A DNA stretch of 64,000 nucleotides from positions 32,001-96,000 of IMG/VR virus record IMGVR_UViG_3300046171_000193; one strand, 5' to 3'. Below, in pieces: positions 39,101-49,600 of the stretch; positions within the stretch are counted from its first letter, which is position 1, and every line of letters starts with the position of its first letter. This DNA is from a virus. The notes under the pieces are model-generated. The model was not told where the DNA came from. It was given only the letters and a program-made list of their open reading frames with translations, and did not search any database. The translations under genes were made by a program, and so were the position numbers.

Positions 39101-41449
39101 TCAACAGTTGGCGCAACTAGATCTCAAAGTCTAGGAAGCTCTTCTAATACTAATACTAGCACTAATAATGTAAACAGTGGTGGCAATGTTGTAGGTGGCC
39201 AGGCATTTGGAGCAGGGTGGAGAGGCTCATGGGATCGTACAGATACTGTTACTACAACTACAACTACGTCCACTACGGCAACAGCAAGAGTTGCATCGTT
39301 CTCTACGATTCGAAGCGTTGTAGGTAATAGAGTCATAGACGTAGCGATGATTCCATTCATGAGATCGCGACGTGTAAGTTTTAAATGTCAAGGTATGAAA
39401 CCAAATACTAGAGTATTTCCATTCTTTGACGGTACTGCTGTAGATAACTGGGTTAAGTCAGACACATTTACTAGAATTGCTACAACTGATAACGAAGCTG
39501 GAAACAGGTATGACAGAAATAGCGGACATCCGGATGGAGCAACTTCTCTCTTTACAAATGCCGAAGGCGTTGTAGAAGGCGAATTCTTTATTCCGAGCGG
39601 AAGTACATTAAGATTTAGAACTGGTACAAGAGAATTAAAACTTTTAGATATTAGTAGCGATAATGAAGATGCTGCAACTTCTATTGGTGTAGCATCGTTT
39701 ACTTCAAGCGGTGCACTCGAAACCAGACAAAGAACTATTCAATCTACTCGAGTTAGAAATATTGTAACTGGTACAACTTCTTCGTCTTCTGCTTCATCTA
39801 GAACGTCTAGAGGTACAGCTAACATTAATACTTGGAACGTAGTAACCGGTGAAAGACGTGTTAACAATGTTGTTACCACTCCTCCACGTACGGTACGACA
39901 GAGAGATCCATTAGCTCAATCGTTCTTTATTCCAGATCAAGATGGTGTTTTCTTAAGTAAGGTTGATATATTCTTTCAAACAAAAGATGACACTATTCCA
40001 GTATCATTAGAATTAAGGCCAATGGTAAATGGTAGTCCTTCTGCAACTGAAACTATACCAGGTTCTCGTGTGTTTAAATCGCCATCAGGTGTAAATACTT
40101 CGGTTAATGCGACAGCTGCAACAACATTTGAATTTGAAGAGCCAGTATATCTAATGGCATATGAAGAATATTGTGTGGTTCTTGTTGCTGAGACAGATAA
40201 CTATAATGTTTACATTGCAGAAACTGAACAATTTATTTTAGGTTCTACAGAGAGACGTATTACATCTCAGCCGACATTAGGCTCATTGTTTAAATCACAA
40301 AATACAACAACATGGTCTCCCGATCAAACAAAAGACCTAATGTTTAAATTGTATAGAGCAAACTTTAGTACTGCGACGTCAAATGCTATACTTCGAAACG
40401 CAAGCGTACCTACAAGATTGCTTGATGCAGATCCCATTACTACAACAAATAGCGCTACTCGTATGGTAATGAAACACGCCGATCATGGTTTTGTTGCTGG
40501 CGATAACGTTTTCATTGGAGGATTTGATTCATCAACCTCATACGCTGGTGTTAAAGGAACATCTATTATTGGTAACCGTACAATCGATAGCGCCGATAAT
40601 GATACAATTACATTTGATGCAGATTCTGCAGCATCAAGTTCAATTTCAATAGGTGGATTTACGGTTACAAATTCTCAAAACTATGCATTCGAAAGCGTAT
40701 TTCCATACATTGAAACTAATTTACCACAATCAACAACTATAGAAGTTAATGGTAAGTTTCTTTCTGGTAAATCAAATGCTGGTTCTGAAACTCCATATAG
40801 TCAGGATGGAACATTTGAATCTCTAGTGTTAAGAGAAAATAATTTCTTCTTTGCTCCAAGAGTTGTAGCTAATGATGCAATTCAAACATTAAATTTACCG
40901 GCAGGTGAAAGGTCAGCAAGCATTCGAGTTGATATGAGTAGTACTTCTGCTTATGTTTCTCCGGTACTTGATATGCAAAGAGCTTCATTGTGGTTAACAC
41001 ATAATAGAATTGATAACCAAGATTCAAACGGATCTAGTTTAAGTAATATTAATACTCCAATAAATTTTGTCGCAGAAACAGATAAGACTGGTGGTACTCA
41101 TCTATCTAAACATATTACAAGACCTGTAACACTAGCTACAAGTGCAGTTGGATTAAAAATTATTCTTGCTGCCAATAGACCTTCTGTTGCAGACTTTGAG
41201 GTTTATTATAAAGCGATTAGTGACGATGCTACATTTGATGAAACAAATTGGATAGAAGTTCCTAAAGAACGAATCTTACCATCGGATGAAAACCCAGGAA
41301 TATTTAGAGACTATGAATATATAGTTGGTGGACCAGGTGGTTTATCAGTACCTTTTAACAGATTCATACTTAAATTTATAATGAAAAGTTCAAATAATGC
41401 TAGAGTACCACAATTTAAAGATTTACGTGTAATAGCATTGGCTTTATAA
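36197..41449 (+). CDS. Large virion structural protein (VrlC/DUF4815-like)
   Basis: YHRILFNSGRALQARELTQSQ, APGADR, DFRP, GFLVDGF, DPLAQSFF, DLRVIAL. Confidence 0.88.
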   Translation: MATKFTEKVFADTYKDDYRDSNNYHRILFNSGRALQARELTQSQTIQQKEIERFARNIFKEGASVNPGGPSLNTRYEFIKLDTTTNNLPTDTSTIVGDEFTGQNSAFKAKILEVVAATASDPATIYVAYIDTLSASSFASPNTMDPGEDIVGTNSGVTLTVQTTSTTANPATGFGTRFSVEKGDFFTQGHFVFCEKQSIILSKYGQQPDATVGFLVTQDVVTAADSELLYDNQGATPNTSAPGADRYRITMTLTTQDDIDSDQNFVYYARIRNGVVFDVVTGDDAYARVEDRMAKRTADIQGDFFINPFIVNYEDDSNDANLIATVSEGLAYVSGYRIEKTFPTRLRIPKARDTQTNNNEVVAASYGNYITVTDLKGLPNVNVFQNRNLRSAVTHGGSTIGTCRIRAVEEDGAYYRFYIFDVVMNAGQSFANVKSIGGSSFDYANLVLDNGSAILRDVGNNNLFFNLPFERPKTLSDISLEVYRAFNASLDPSGAATLTLTATGETFGSVNDWIVSVDSSGSVISPTITGAGTQAATISGGPTSSNIEIIAKVNKAAGSVRTKTLVETTVVRAIESDGTGTAFISLQKPDLFKLDRLRDSDSDGADLINNFIVDNGQRDNWYSPARLILKGDKPAPGGQVFARFRYFTHGASGEFFAVNSYTGQVDYKDIPAHTLNDGSKVFLHDVLDFRPRKTDGDSDFTGGTARINELPTNTDLITTDVEYYLPRYDKIVLDKDGNIKVLLGTSALEPQFPVKPDGDLLLTDVKLQSFTKSDSDANLAPYETKLFTMDDIGSISQKVDNLFELTALSLIETGLSNFSVFDSTGVDRTKAGFLVDGFKDQLGSSVFNNEYRAAIDPQAQLLRPSFSEEAIRLIYDSDLSTNTILKGDNIYKKFTHVEYIDQPQVSGVMNINPFSVITNMGAMELSPASDEWRETRQAADVIVGGGTQNQFSGNQSQLFNNSQWNWAGSTVGATRSQSLGSSSNTNTSTNNVNSGGNVVGGQAFGAGWRGSWDRTDTVTTTTTTSTTATARVASFSTIRSVVGNRVIDVAMIPFMRSRRVSFKCQGMKPNTRVFPFFDGTAVDNWVKSDTFTRIATTDNEAGNRYDRNSGHPDGATSLFTNAEGVVEGEFFIPSGSTLRFRTGTRELKLLDISSDNEDAATSIGVASFTSSGALETRQRTIQSTRVRNIVTGTTSSSSASSRTSRGTANINTWNVVTGERRVNNVVTTPPRTVRQRDPLAQSFFIPDQDGVFLSKVDIFFQTKDDTIPVSLELRPMVNGSPSATETIPGSRVFKSPSGVNTSVNATAATTFEFEEPVYLMAYEEYCVVLVAETDNYNVYIAETEQFILGSTERRITSQPTLGSLFKSQNTTTWSPDQTKDLMFKLYRANFSTATSNAILRNASVPTRLLDADPITTTNSATRMVMKHADHGFVAGDNVFIGGFDSSTSYAGVKGTSIIGNRTIDSADNDTITFDADSAASSSISIGGFTVTNSQNYAFESVFPYIETNLPQSTTIEVNGKFLSGKSNAGSETPYSQDGTFESLVLRENNFFFAPRVVANDAIQTLNLPAGERSASIRVDMSSTSAYVSPVLDMQRASLWLTHNRIDNQDSNGSSLSNINTPINFVAETDKTGGTHLSKHITRPVTLATSAVGLKIILAANRPSVADFEVYYKAISDDATFDETNWIEVPKERILPSDENPGIFRDYEYIVGGPGGLSVPFNRFILKFIMKSSNNARVPQFKDLRVIALAL

Positions 41450-41682
41450 TGGAAAGAAATTTTAAGAAGGTAGAGGGATCTCAAAATTTATTCAGAGATC
41501 CTAATACAAATGCGATACTAAATACTGATATTGCTGGAATACAAAAGGCAAGAGAATTAAAGGCTGAAAGAAAAAAACGAGCTTTAGAATTTGAAAGAGT
41601 AAAAGACGACGTACAAGAAATGAAGGAAGATATGTCTGACATAAAATCCTTATTAAAACAATTGGTGGAAAAAAATGGCTAG
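41449..41682 (+). CDS. Small coiled-coil protein
   Basis: KVEGSQNLFRDPNTNAILN...DMSDIKSLL. Confidence 0.7.
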   Translation: MERNFKKVEGSQNLFRDPNTNAILNTDIAGIQKARELKAERKKRALEFERVKDDVQEMKEDMSDIKSLLKQLVEKNG

Positions 41683-42061
41683 AACCTTTGTAGATCTAAA
41701 TGATTTAGTTAATACATGGCGGGAAAAAACAAACGAGATCAGTTACAAAGTAGGTGACTTAGCTAACCTTGCCACCGGTGGGGACTCAGATCTTGTACAA
41801 GCGATTAACGAATTACATACTGAAGTTAGTAGTAATACTACTACATTAGGTAGTTTAAATCTATTAGATTCGGCCGGAGTTATAGCGCTTATTGGTGGTC
41901 AATTTCCAGTAGACACATCAGATCTTGCGGACTCTTCTATTACAGGAAGTCAAATAGCTAACGATGCTATTGGTCAAGAGCAATTATTATCAGTTGAAAG
42001 CCTTTCAATTTACGATTCAGCAGGAACTCTCTTGAAGCAGTTGTATGGCGCAGGAGCTTAA
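41675..42061 (+). CDS. Small virion/fibre protein
   Basis: TWREKTN, DLVQAINEL motifs; DS-rich. Confidence 0.6.
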   Translation: MARTFVDLNDLVNTWREKTNEISYKVGDLANLATGGDSDLVQAINELHTEVSSNTTTLGSLNLLDSAGVIALIGGQFPVDTSDLADSSITGSQIANDAIGQEQLLSVESLSIYDSAGTLLKQLYGAGA

Positions 42062-42063
42062 GT

Positions 42064-43083
42064 ATGGCTGTTATAAGGCCCCTAAAAATTAACGAACCTG
42101 GTGGGGATCTGCAGGAAATGACTTCTGCAGAAGTTCAGTTACTTATTAACGAAGTGATAAGATTATATGCTAATAATCCAGGAATAGAATTATCCGTAAC
42201 ATCTGGATTAGATGATGGCACAGGCTGGCAATATAAACTTTCTTCTCTAGTTGATAATCGATTGCAAGCAAGTCCAGCTGCTAGCTCCGGTGCACCATGG
42301 CCAACGCCTGATGCTGTTTCATATAAGTCGGTTGCATATACCGAAACGTTATTAGATATGATATGGCGTTATCCCTTTCCATATAAAGATAGAGCCGGCA
42401 GTGAATATGTAAATCATTCATATCCTATTTTTTATAACGATCCAAGCGGATATATTAAAGCTGCAGGCTGGCAAGATATGGTTGATACATTTATTGAACC
42501 AGCATTACAATCATTAGCTGGCAATACATTAACACCAGAAGCAGCTGGTGGAACGTATTTTATTTCTACAAATACTTCTGAAACAGATGCGACTTTAGTT
42601 GGCACCGGTCTTATTGCAAAAGATACAGTTGCAGATGTTAATGCGTTTCAAACTGGTAGTTTGCCAGAAGATGTAGATCAACCCTTAAACTCGTTTACCG
42701 TAGATTATTATCTACACAAAATTAATGCTCCAGCTGAATTCTCATTTACTCTTCCTGCAGTAATGATGGCTGATGAAAGTTTTAAAGCTATTCCTAAATC
42801 TGTTCTTAGACCAATGTTATTACATTTAGTTCAATATTGGGCCGTGCAAGGCGCATCGCAAGGTATTGCATTACGTTATCAATATGGATCGTCTGCATTT
42901 TTAACCGGACAAGGAATGGTTGCAAGAGGAACCGGTATAGGTGATACATATACAAGTGCATCTATTCTTAGAAGAGAACAAGATTTTCCGGATCCTAACG
43001 GTACTGTATATTATGCACAACATGTACCTGATGGTAGTCCATCATTACAGACAACTACATATTTAGGAGTTGGATTAATTTAG
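42064..43083 (+). CDS. Putative virion structural protein
   Basis: RPLK..GDLQEM N-terminus; operon position. Confidence 0.55.
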   Translation: MAVIRPLKINEPGGDLQEMTSAEVQLLINEVIRLYANNPGIELSVTSGLDDGTGWQYKLSSLVDNRLQASPAASSGAPWPTPDAVSYKSVAYTETLLDMIWRYPFPYKDRAGSEYVNHSYPIFYNDPSGYIKAAGWQDMVDTFIEPALQSLAGNTLTPEAAGGTYFISTNTSETDATLVGTGLIAKDTVADVNAFQTGSLPEDVDQPLNSFTVDYYLHKINAPAEFSFTLPAVMMADESFKAIPKSVLRPMLLHLVQYWAVQGASQGIALRYQYGSSAFLTGQGMVARGTGIGDTYTSASILRREQDFPDPNGTVYYAQHVPDGSPSLQTTTYLGVGLI

Positions 43084-43096
43084 TGAAAGGTTTATT

Positions 43097-44173
43097 ATGG
43101 CACTATTTTCAAACAAAATAGAAACTGCAAAATTTGTAGATAGAAAAGAAAAAACGATTGAGGTGTTGTATAAACAAACTCCTGAATCAGAAACACTTTC
43201 CACGTATATTTTAGAATTAGACTATAGTAATCAAGATTTTTTAGATCTCTTGGATGAACTTACTATCGAAGAGATTCAAGACAATACAAAAAATTACTAT
43301 GATAATATGCGTAATGCTATGAACTTAAGTGTAGAAGAAAAGGCAAAAGTTTATTTTGCTGAATGGGTAAAAGTTGCACAAAAGGAATTAGATAAACAAG
43401 ATCAAGAACGATACGCTATATTTGAAAAATATAAAGAAGAGCAGCTTGCTATTTTACAAGGAGAAGTAGATGAACAAGTAGAGCGTAGAGTTCAAGAAGG
43501 ATATGACGGTGTTCAAGCTGTTATCGATCAACAATACGAAAAAGTTGAGGTATATAAAGAAGAACAAGTGCGCATATGGCAATCTGAAATTGATGTACAA
43601 GTTGAAGAACGTTATAAAGAAGTTGAAACATATAAAGAAGAACAATTAAAAATATTACAGGCTGAAGTTGACGAACAAGTAGAACGACGTGTTTCTGAAG
43701 GATTTGCTGATGTTGATGCATATAGAGAAAAACAATTATCAGTTTTACAAGCGGAACTCGATCAACAAGTAGAGCAAAGATACAAAGACGCTGACAAATA
43801 TAAAGAAGAACAATTAGAGACTTTACAAGTTGAAGTAGATGCACAAATTGAAAATCGATACAAACAAGCTGATCAATATTTAGAAGAACAAAAAGATTAT
43901 CAACAAACTCAAATGGAAGAAATAAAAGACGATCTTTTAAGTAAATATAGACTTGCTCCTAAAAACCTTAAAATTACTCCGGATAAAGTTGCAGACTATA
44001 TGGTAAATAATTTTAAAGATGAAGATCTAGTGTTTAAAACTAAGTTAGCTATATTTAATCTTCCAGAAGTGAAAAATAATAAAGATAGAGAAGTAAAAAT
44101 GAAAGTACGGAAAGCAAAAACTATTCCGGAATTATTTAAAGTATATGATGATATACAATGTAATCACAGTTAA
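43097..44173 (+). CDS. Coiled-coil protein with internal ~26-aa repeats
   Basis: Repeated YKEEQLxxLQxEVDxQVExR. Confidence 0.7.
   Translation: MALFSNKIETAKFVDRKEKTIEVLYKQTPESETLSTYILELDYSNQDFLDLLDELTIEEIQDNTKNYYDNMRNAMNLSVEEKAKVYFAEWVKVAQKELDKQDQERYAIFEKYKEEQLAILQGEVDEQVERRVQEGYDGVQAVIDQQYEKVEVYKEEQVRIWQSEIDVQVEERYKEVETYKEEQLKILQAEVDEQVERRVSEGFADVDAYREKQLSVLQAELDQQVEQRYKDADKYKEEQLETLQVEVDAQIENRYKQADQYLEEQKDYQQTQMEEIKDDLLSKYRLAPKNLKITPDKVADYMVNNFKDEDLVFKTKLAIFNLPEVKNNKDREVKMKVRKAKTIPELFKVYDDIQCNHS
43408..43890 (+). repeat. Five to six degenerate ~26-codon tandem repeats
   Basis: Y(K/R)E(E/K)Q....Q.E(V/I/L)D.Q(V/I)E.R units. Confidence 0.8.
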
Positions 44174-44852
44174 GTTCGGTAACAAATACGATTCTGAATT
44201 TGTTAATAGACTTTTTAGAGAAATTTGTTATTTTAGCAGAGGCTATTATGTAAACGGCTGGTTTAAGTTTTATTGCTATACAGATAATCCAGAAGGATTA
44301 ATGCATGGTATTAATGTTATCCCTGCTAAAACAGATCCAACACTAAAAGGCGTATGGAATAAGTTACGTCTCTTTGATCCTTCTATGCCATATGTAAGAG
44401 AAGGCCATTACAATATTTACTTAGATTTAGATACGTTTGTACAAGATTGTATCTTTACACGTTTCAGTCACTTTGGTGAAAAGGACTGGAATACACTTCA
44501 CGTGTGTGGCGCGCCATGGAAAAATGATAAGAAAAGATACGGCAGATTATCGAACTATGATGTGACTATACATAGTTCAGTAATGGCATGGAAAGCACTT
44601 AGTCATTTTGAAGTATGGAATCATTTTAGTAATCACGGTTTACGAGATTATTATATGAGAAAGTATTCAGGAGGTATGGATAGATTCTTAGCACACGAAG
44701 ATGTAAACATGAAAACATTCAAGCGTGACTTTGTAAGATCTATGAAATACGATAAAAATATAAAAGATGCAGCTATTGTATCATTTGAGGAACTAGATGT
44801 ACAATTCGGAGATCTTATACCGAACTATAAAACTAAGCGAGAAAGTGTATAA
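44145..44852 (+). CDS. GT-A fold glycosyltransferase-like protein
   Basis: VKFGNKY, YCYTD, WNKLRLF, IYLDLD (DxD). Confidence 0.75.
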   Translation: MMIYNVITVKFGNKYDSEFVNRLFREICYFSRGYYVNGWFKFYCYTDNPEGLMHGINVIPAKTDPTLKGVWNKLRLFDPSMPYVREGHYNIYLDLDTFVQDCIFTRFSHFGEKDWNTLHVCGAPWKNDKKRYGRLSNYDVTIHSSVMAWKALSHFEVWNHFSNHGLRDYYMRKYSGGMDRFLAHEDVNMKTFKRDFVRSMKYDKNIKDAAIVSFEELDVQFGDLIPNYKTKRESV

Positions 44853-45420
44853 TGAATCTATGTATGGAATAGATGATCTTTATCGTATAAAAGATTTATC
44901 TCATTCTATGGATCATAAACACTGGGTCGGAAAAGAACATCTTGCAAAAAAGTTTTTTGAATTATATAATCACGACGCCGGGAAATTATTAGTACTCGGT
45001 GGATGGTATGGCATGATGGCTTATCAATTACGTGAGCAATGGCCTGATTCACATATGAATATAGAATCTACCGATATGGATCCTATGTGTGAAGAATTCG
45101 GATATGAATTATTTGGTGATAAAGATATTGCATTCTCCACCCTCAACATAAGTGACTCTTTTATTATAACACAATATACAGGGATTGTAAACACCTCTTG
45201 TGAGCATATGGAGCAAAAAGATTTAATTAATATAGTTAAATCAAAAGACCCAGATTGTTGGGTTGCATTTCAATCGAACAATTATACAGATTTAGATTCT
45301 CATATTAACTGTTATCCTTCGGCCGAGATATTTGCAGAGAGTTTAGAATTAGATTGGTATGCTGACATAGATACCCTAGATCTAGGTGATTTTCAAAGGT
45401 TTACAGTCATTGGAAAATAA
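44797..45420 (+). CDS. Class I SAM-dependent methyltransferase-like protein
   Basis: LVLGGWYG motif I, STDMD, VNTSCEHM, FQSNNY. Confidence 0.75.
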   Translation: MYNSEILYRTIKLSEKVYNESMYGIDDLYRIKDLSHSMDHKHWVGKEHLAKKFFELYNHDAGKLLVLGGWYGMMAYQLREQWPDSHMNIESTDMDPMCEEFGYELFGDKDIAFSTLNISDSFIITQYTGIVNTSCEHMEQKDLINIVKSKDPDCWVAFQSNNYTDLDSHINCYPSAEIFAESLELDWYADIDTLDLGDFQRFTVIGK

Positions 45421-46303
45421 AGTTGTATTTAGCGTATTCATTGATATTCCTGAAGATCGTTTAGATAATCCTGGATGGTATGATCAAGGTAAACAAGTCA
45501 TAACCGATAAAAGCAAAGTCACTAAACTTGCTTTACTGAATAATGCAGAGCTTGTCACACAAAGGCAAAAGCAATACGCTAATGATATTGGTGCAGACTA
45601 TATACTATTTAAATACGATAGTACATATAAAAAATTCTTTGATGATATAAAAAATAGGTTTACAGAGATCTCGGAATATGATATAGTTAACTTTTACAAA
45701 CACCGGGTGATGAGGGATTTAGCAGATGAATACGATTATGTATGTTATCTCGATTTTGATGTTATACCAAATACTACTGACTGTGTATTTCAAGTACATA
45801 ATGTAGATAAAGCTTTAGCAGTCGCTGAATCTAATAGATTGGCGATTCGTGGTAAGGTTATAAAATCAAAATATTACAATTTTTGTATTCGTAATCCTGC
45901 TACTAAATATTGGAATACTCATGCGCTTCTTACGGAAGAAGGATACGATCCAGAAAATGATGTATTTAATACTGGAATTATGGCAGCATCATCTAAGATA
46001 ATAAAGCAATTAGATTATTTTAAAGACTTTGAATATGTTATTAAACTTATGTCTGATGTAAAGCATGATGAGTTTTCGCTTTATCCAGAGAATATACAAA
46101 GAGTATTTAATTATGATAATGAGACTGTATTTTCTTTTTTAATTCAAACTAGAAATATACAAATAAATTATATGAAAAAAGAATGGCATTGGCTAGTAGA
46201 TGAGCTTATGTCAGAACCAAAGCACGTAGATCCTAAAGCAAAATTATATCATTTTATAAACAAGAAAATGGAGTGGATTAAAGATATAAATAAGAACAAA
46301 TAA
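45410..46303 (+). CDS. Nucleotide-diphospho-sugar transferase-like protein
   Basis: FYKH, CYLDFDV (DxD), FNTGIM, YDNET, LYHFINK; TTG start inferred. Confidence 0.7.
   Translation: MENKVVFSVFIDIPEDRLDNPGWYDQGKQVITDKSKVTKLALLNNAELVTQRQKQYANDIGADYILFKYDSTYKKFFDDIKNRFTEISEYDIVNFYKHRVMRDLADEYDYVCYLDFDVIPNTTDCVFQVHNVDKALAVAESNRLAIRGKVIKSKYYNFCIRNPATKYWNTHALLTEEGYDPENDVFNTGIMAASSKIIKQLDYFKDFEYVIKLMSDVKHDEFSLYPENIQRVFNYDNETVFSFLIQTRNIQINYMKKEWHWLVDELMSEPKHVDPKAKLYHFINKKMEWIKDINKNK
46285..46292 (+). promoter_or_regulatory. Late promoter
   Basis: TATAAATA. Confidence 0.7.
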
Positions 46304-46319
46304 CCTTAGAGTGTTGCAC

Positions 46320-46670
46320 ATGGCCCAGTACGAAGAATTATCAATAGATAAAGGTACCGATATTACTCTCCAATTAGAATTGGAAGATACTAGTGGTAAT
46401 CCGAAAAATCTTACAAATTACACAGTTGCAGGTAAAGTTAAGAAAACTTACAACACATCAGATAGTGATGCGACTGCATTTACGGCCGAGGTAAAAGCTC
46501 CAGCTACAGGCGGAGTTGTAAACCTTTCATTAACAAATACTCAAACAGGCGCATTTAAAGCCGGGCGATACGTATATGATGTAGAAATTTCTTTCGTAGA
46601 TAGCGATGCACAAACAGTGATAGAAAGAGTTCTTGAAGGCACAATCACAGTCACACCATCCGTGACATAG
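46320..46670 (+). CDS. Fibre adaptor / BppU-like Ig-fold virion protein
   Basis: IDKGTD, NLTNYT, GRYVYDVEI, RVLEGTITVTPSVT. Confidence 0.7.
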   Translation: MAQYEELSIDKGTDITLQLELEDTSGNPKNLTNYTVAGKVKKTYNTSDSDATAFTAEVKAPATGGVVNLSLTNTQTGAFKAGRYVYDVEISFVDSDAQTVIERVLEGTITVTPSVT

Positions 46671-46686
46671 CTTTAAGGAATTCCAT

Positions 46687-49600
46687 ATGAAGGTTGTTGT
46701 TGGTCAAAACACGATCGTAAAAAAGATTACTGTTGGAACTCCACTGCGGGTGGGTTCGGCAGCAAATGGTTCATTAACAGGTTTAGACGATGTCAACGGT
46801 TCTATCAACCTTAGTGATGGAACAATACTTCAATATGACAGCGCTACCGGAAAATTTAACCATGTAACTCCTGCAGGAATAACAGGAAGTGGATTAACAG
46901 TAAATGATGCATCTGGATTAGGTTCAGTTGTATATGATTCAAGTTCAGCAGTTCTAACTTATGCTGGACCTTCTAGCGACAGCGTCCATTCGTTATTTAA
47001 TTCTACATACGATTCTAATTCCCTTGGTACATTATCATATACAAATGGAACTGTAAGACTTGTCGGTCCTACATCTGCTCAGATACGTGCACTCTTTAGT
47101 GCAGGAAATAGTTTAAATTATAATGAAACTACTGGAGAATTTTCAGTAACTGTACCAGATACAAGCGCGTCTTTTGATTCTGATTTTGGCACAAAAACTA
47201 CTGACGATTTAGCTGAAGGTTCAAATTTATATTTTACGGATTCTCGTGGTCGAGCTGCGATTGGTGTTACAGATAACGGAGTCGGCTTTGGATCTCTTGC
47301 ATACAATAGCGCATCAGGTCAAATAACATATACCGGTACTTCTGTTGCTAACATGCGAAGTGTTATCAACGTTGGATCAAATCTTGCATATGATTCTACT
47401 ACTGGTAAAATTACATTTACTGGTAGTCTAGGCGGAGACTTTGATGCCGGTGACGCTCAACAATCTATATCAGTAGTCAATGATAATGGTGACTACGGAT
47501 CACTAGCATATGATAATGCTAGTGGCGTATTTACATTTACAAAAGTTACAGATTCTGATATAAGAGGATCTATATCTGCCGGTGGTGATTTAGTTTACGA
47601 TCAAACTACTGGCCAAATAAGTTATTCAAAAAGAACAGATGCTGATATTAGATCGCTCTTTAGCGCTGCAGGAGATCTAACATATAATAATACTACTGGT
47701 AATTTTAGTATTACGACAGGAGCTCACTATGCAGACAGCGACGCTCGCGCAGCTTTTTCTGTTAATTTTGTTGGTGATACTGCTTTCGATAGTAGCCCAT
47801 ATGGAGGGGCTTCTTATAATTCTAGCACCGGTCTACTTACTATTAACGGTACTACTGATTCGAACATACGTAATTCCTTAACTGTACAGGACTCTGGCGG
47901 TTTAGGATCTCTTACATATAACGTAAAACAAGGTAGGATAGTATACACTGGCCCGGGCGTCAGTGATGTTTCAAGTCTTTTATCAGCTAATGTTGATTCT
48001 CTTTCAATGGGTAAACTTACCCTTGATTCGAGCAAAGGTCAATTTACTCTTAAATTAGAAGATGATAGTGTACGTGCTCTCTTTAGTGTGGTATCAGATC
48101 AAGAAGGTGGAGCAAATCTTACATACGACCAAGCAACCGGTGTATTTACTCATAGCGGTCCAAGTGACTTAGATCTTCGCGGTAAAGTTAGTGCTAGTGA
48201 TTTAGGCGGCGACGGCTCATTTACTTATTTTGAATCTGGCGGAGTCTTTACATATACAGGTCCAAGTCCTGCCGAAGCAAGAGCACACTTTGAAGGTGGA
48301 CTTGGTATTGATTATATCGAATCAACCGGCACATTTAGGCTTGATAGTTCTGCAAATATTGTAACAGGAAGTATTGTTACCGGCAAGTTAACTACAGATT
48401 CAGCTACAATTAATAGAGCCACAATCGAAAGTAGATTACGCCTTGATACTATTAGATCGTTAACCGATAGTGGTGATATTGATATTATAGCTGGTGATGA
48501 TGTTGAGATCACCGCTGGTGATAAAATTAATTTGCTTACATCTAATTTACGAACTTCAGCAGATAAACTTCGTCTTTTATCTGACGATAGTAATATTAAT
48601 AATATTTCTGGTGGTGGACTTATACTCGGCGCTGGATCTAATGAAAAAAGTATTTTACATCAGCAATACTTTGGCTATGACCAGTTTGTAATAGGCGCAA
48701 ATACAGGACTACATGTTCCTGGCTTTATGACCGGCCGAACTGTCGATTCTATTAATAAACGCATAGATGAGTTACCTGATTCTGCTCAGATGAAAGGTAT
48801 TCTATCTGCTGGTCCTGGTCTATCTTATGATAATATTAATGGTATATACAGAATCACATCTTCAGGTGTTGTTGCTGGAACTTACGGTGATGCAACAAAT
48901 GTTCCAAGATTTTCCGTAGATTCTCTTGGGCAAATTGATAGCATTAGTAATGTACCAATATCAACAGTTAATAACTTCGTATATGATTCTGCCACTGGCA
49001 ATCTTAAGATTACAACTGCGACAGATAGTTATAATGTCGGACTTACATTAGATCCTTTTACAACTAATAATCTTGTAGAAGGTCCTAACAATCTATATTA
49101 TACTCGAGCACGATTTGATAGTGCATTAGATGATAGTACTTCTGAAACAAGAATACGTCAATATTTTAGAACAGATCTTGCATCTGATTCGTCTCGTCAA
49201 CAAATAAGAAAATATATTAATGTTGGCGCAAGTTTAACATACGACTCAGCAACTGGTAAGTTAACAACTAATCAAGCTCTAGATTCTAACAGCGACGTAA
49301 GATTCCAAAATATCACACAGTCTGGGCAGTTACGTGGTCCGGCAGAGTTCATAATCGATCCGGCGGCTATTGGTGACAATACTGGTACAGTTAAGATCCT
49401 TGGTAACCTTCAGGTTGAAGGTACGCAAACGATTATTAATTCTACAACTGTTTCTGTCAATGATAAAAATTTAGTATTAGGTGATTCGGCTGCAGATTCT
49501 TCTGCCTTACACGGCGCTGGAATTACTTTAGGCGGAACTAACATTGTAGACAAACCATCGTTTACATATTCTCATGCCGATAAACGATTTGTATTTAATC

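Noticed and set aside
43408-43890. Regularly spaced repeats as a possible CRISPR array
   Set aside because: In-frame, vary at third codon positions, no identical repeats with unique spacers
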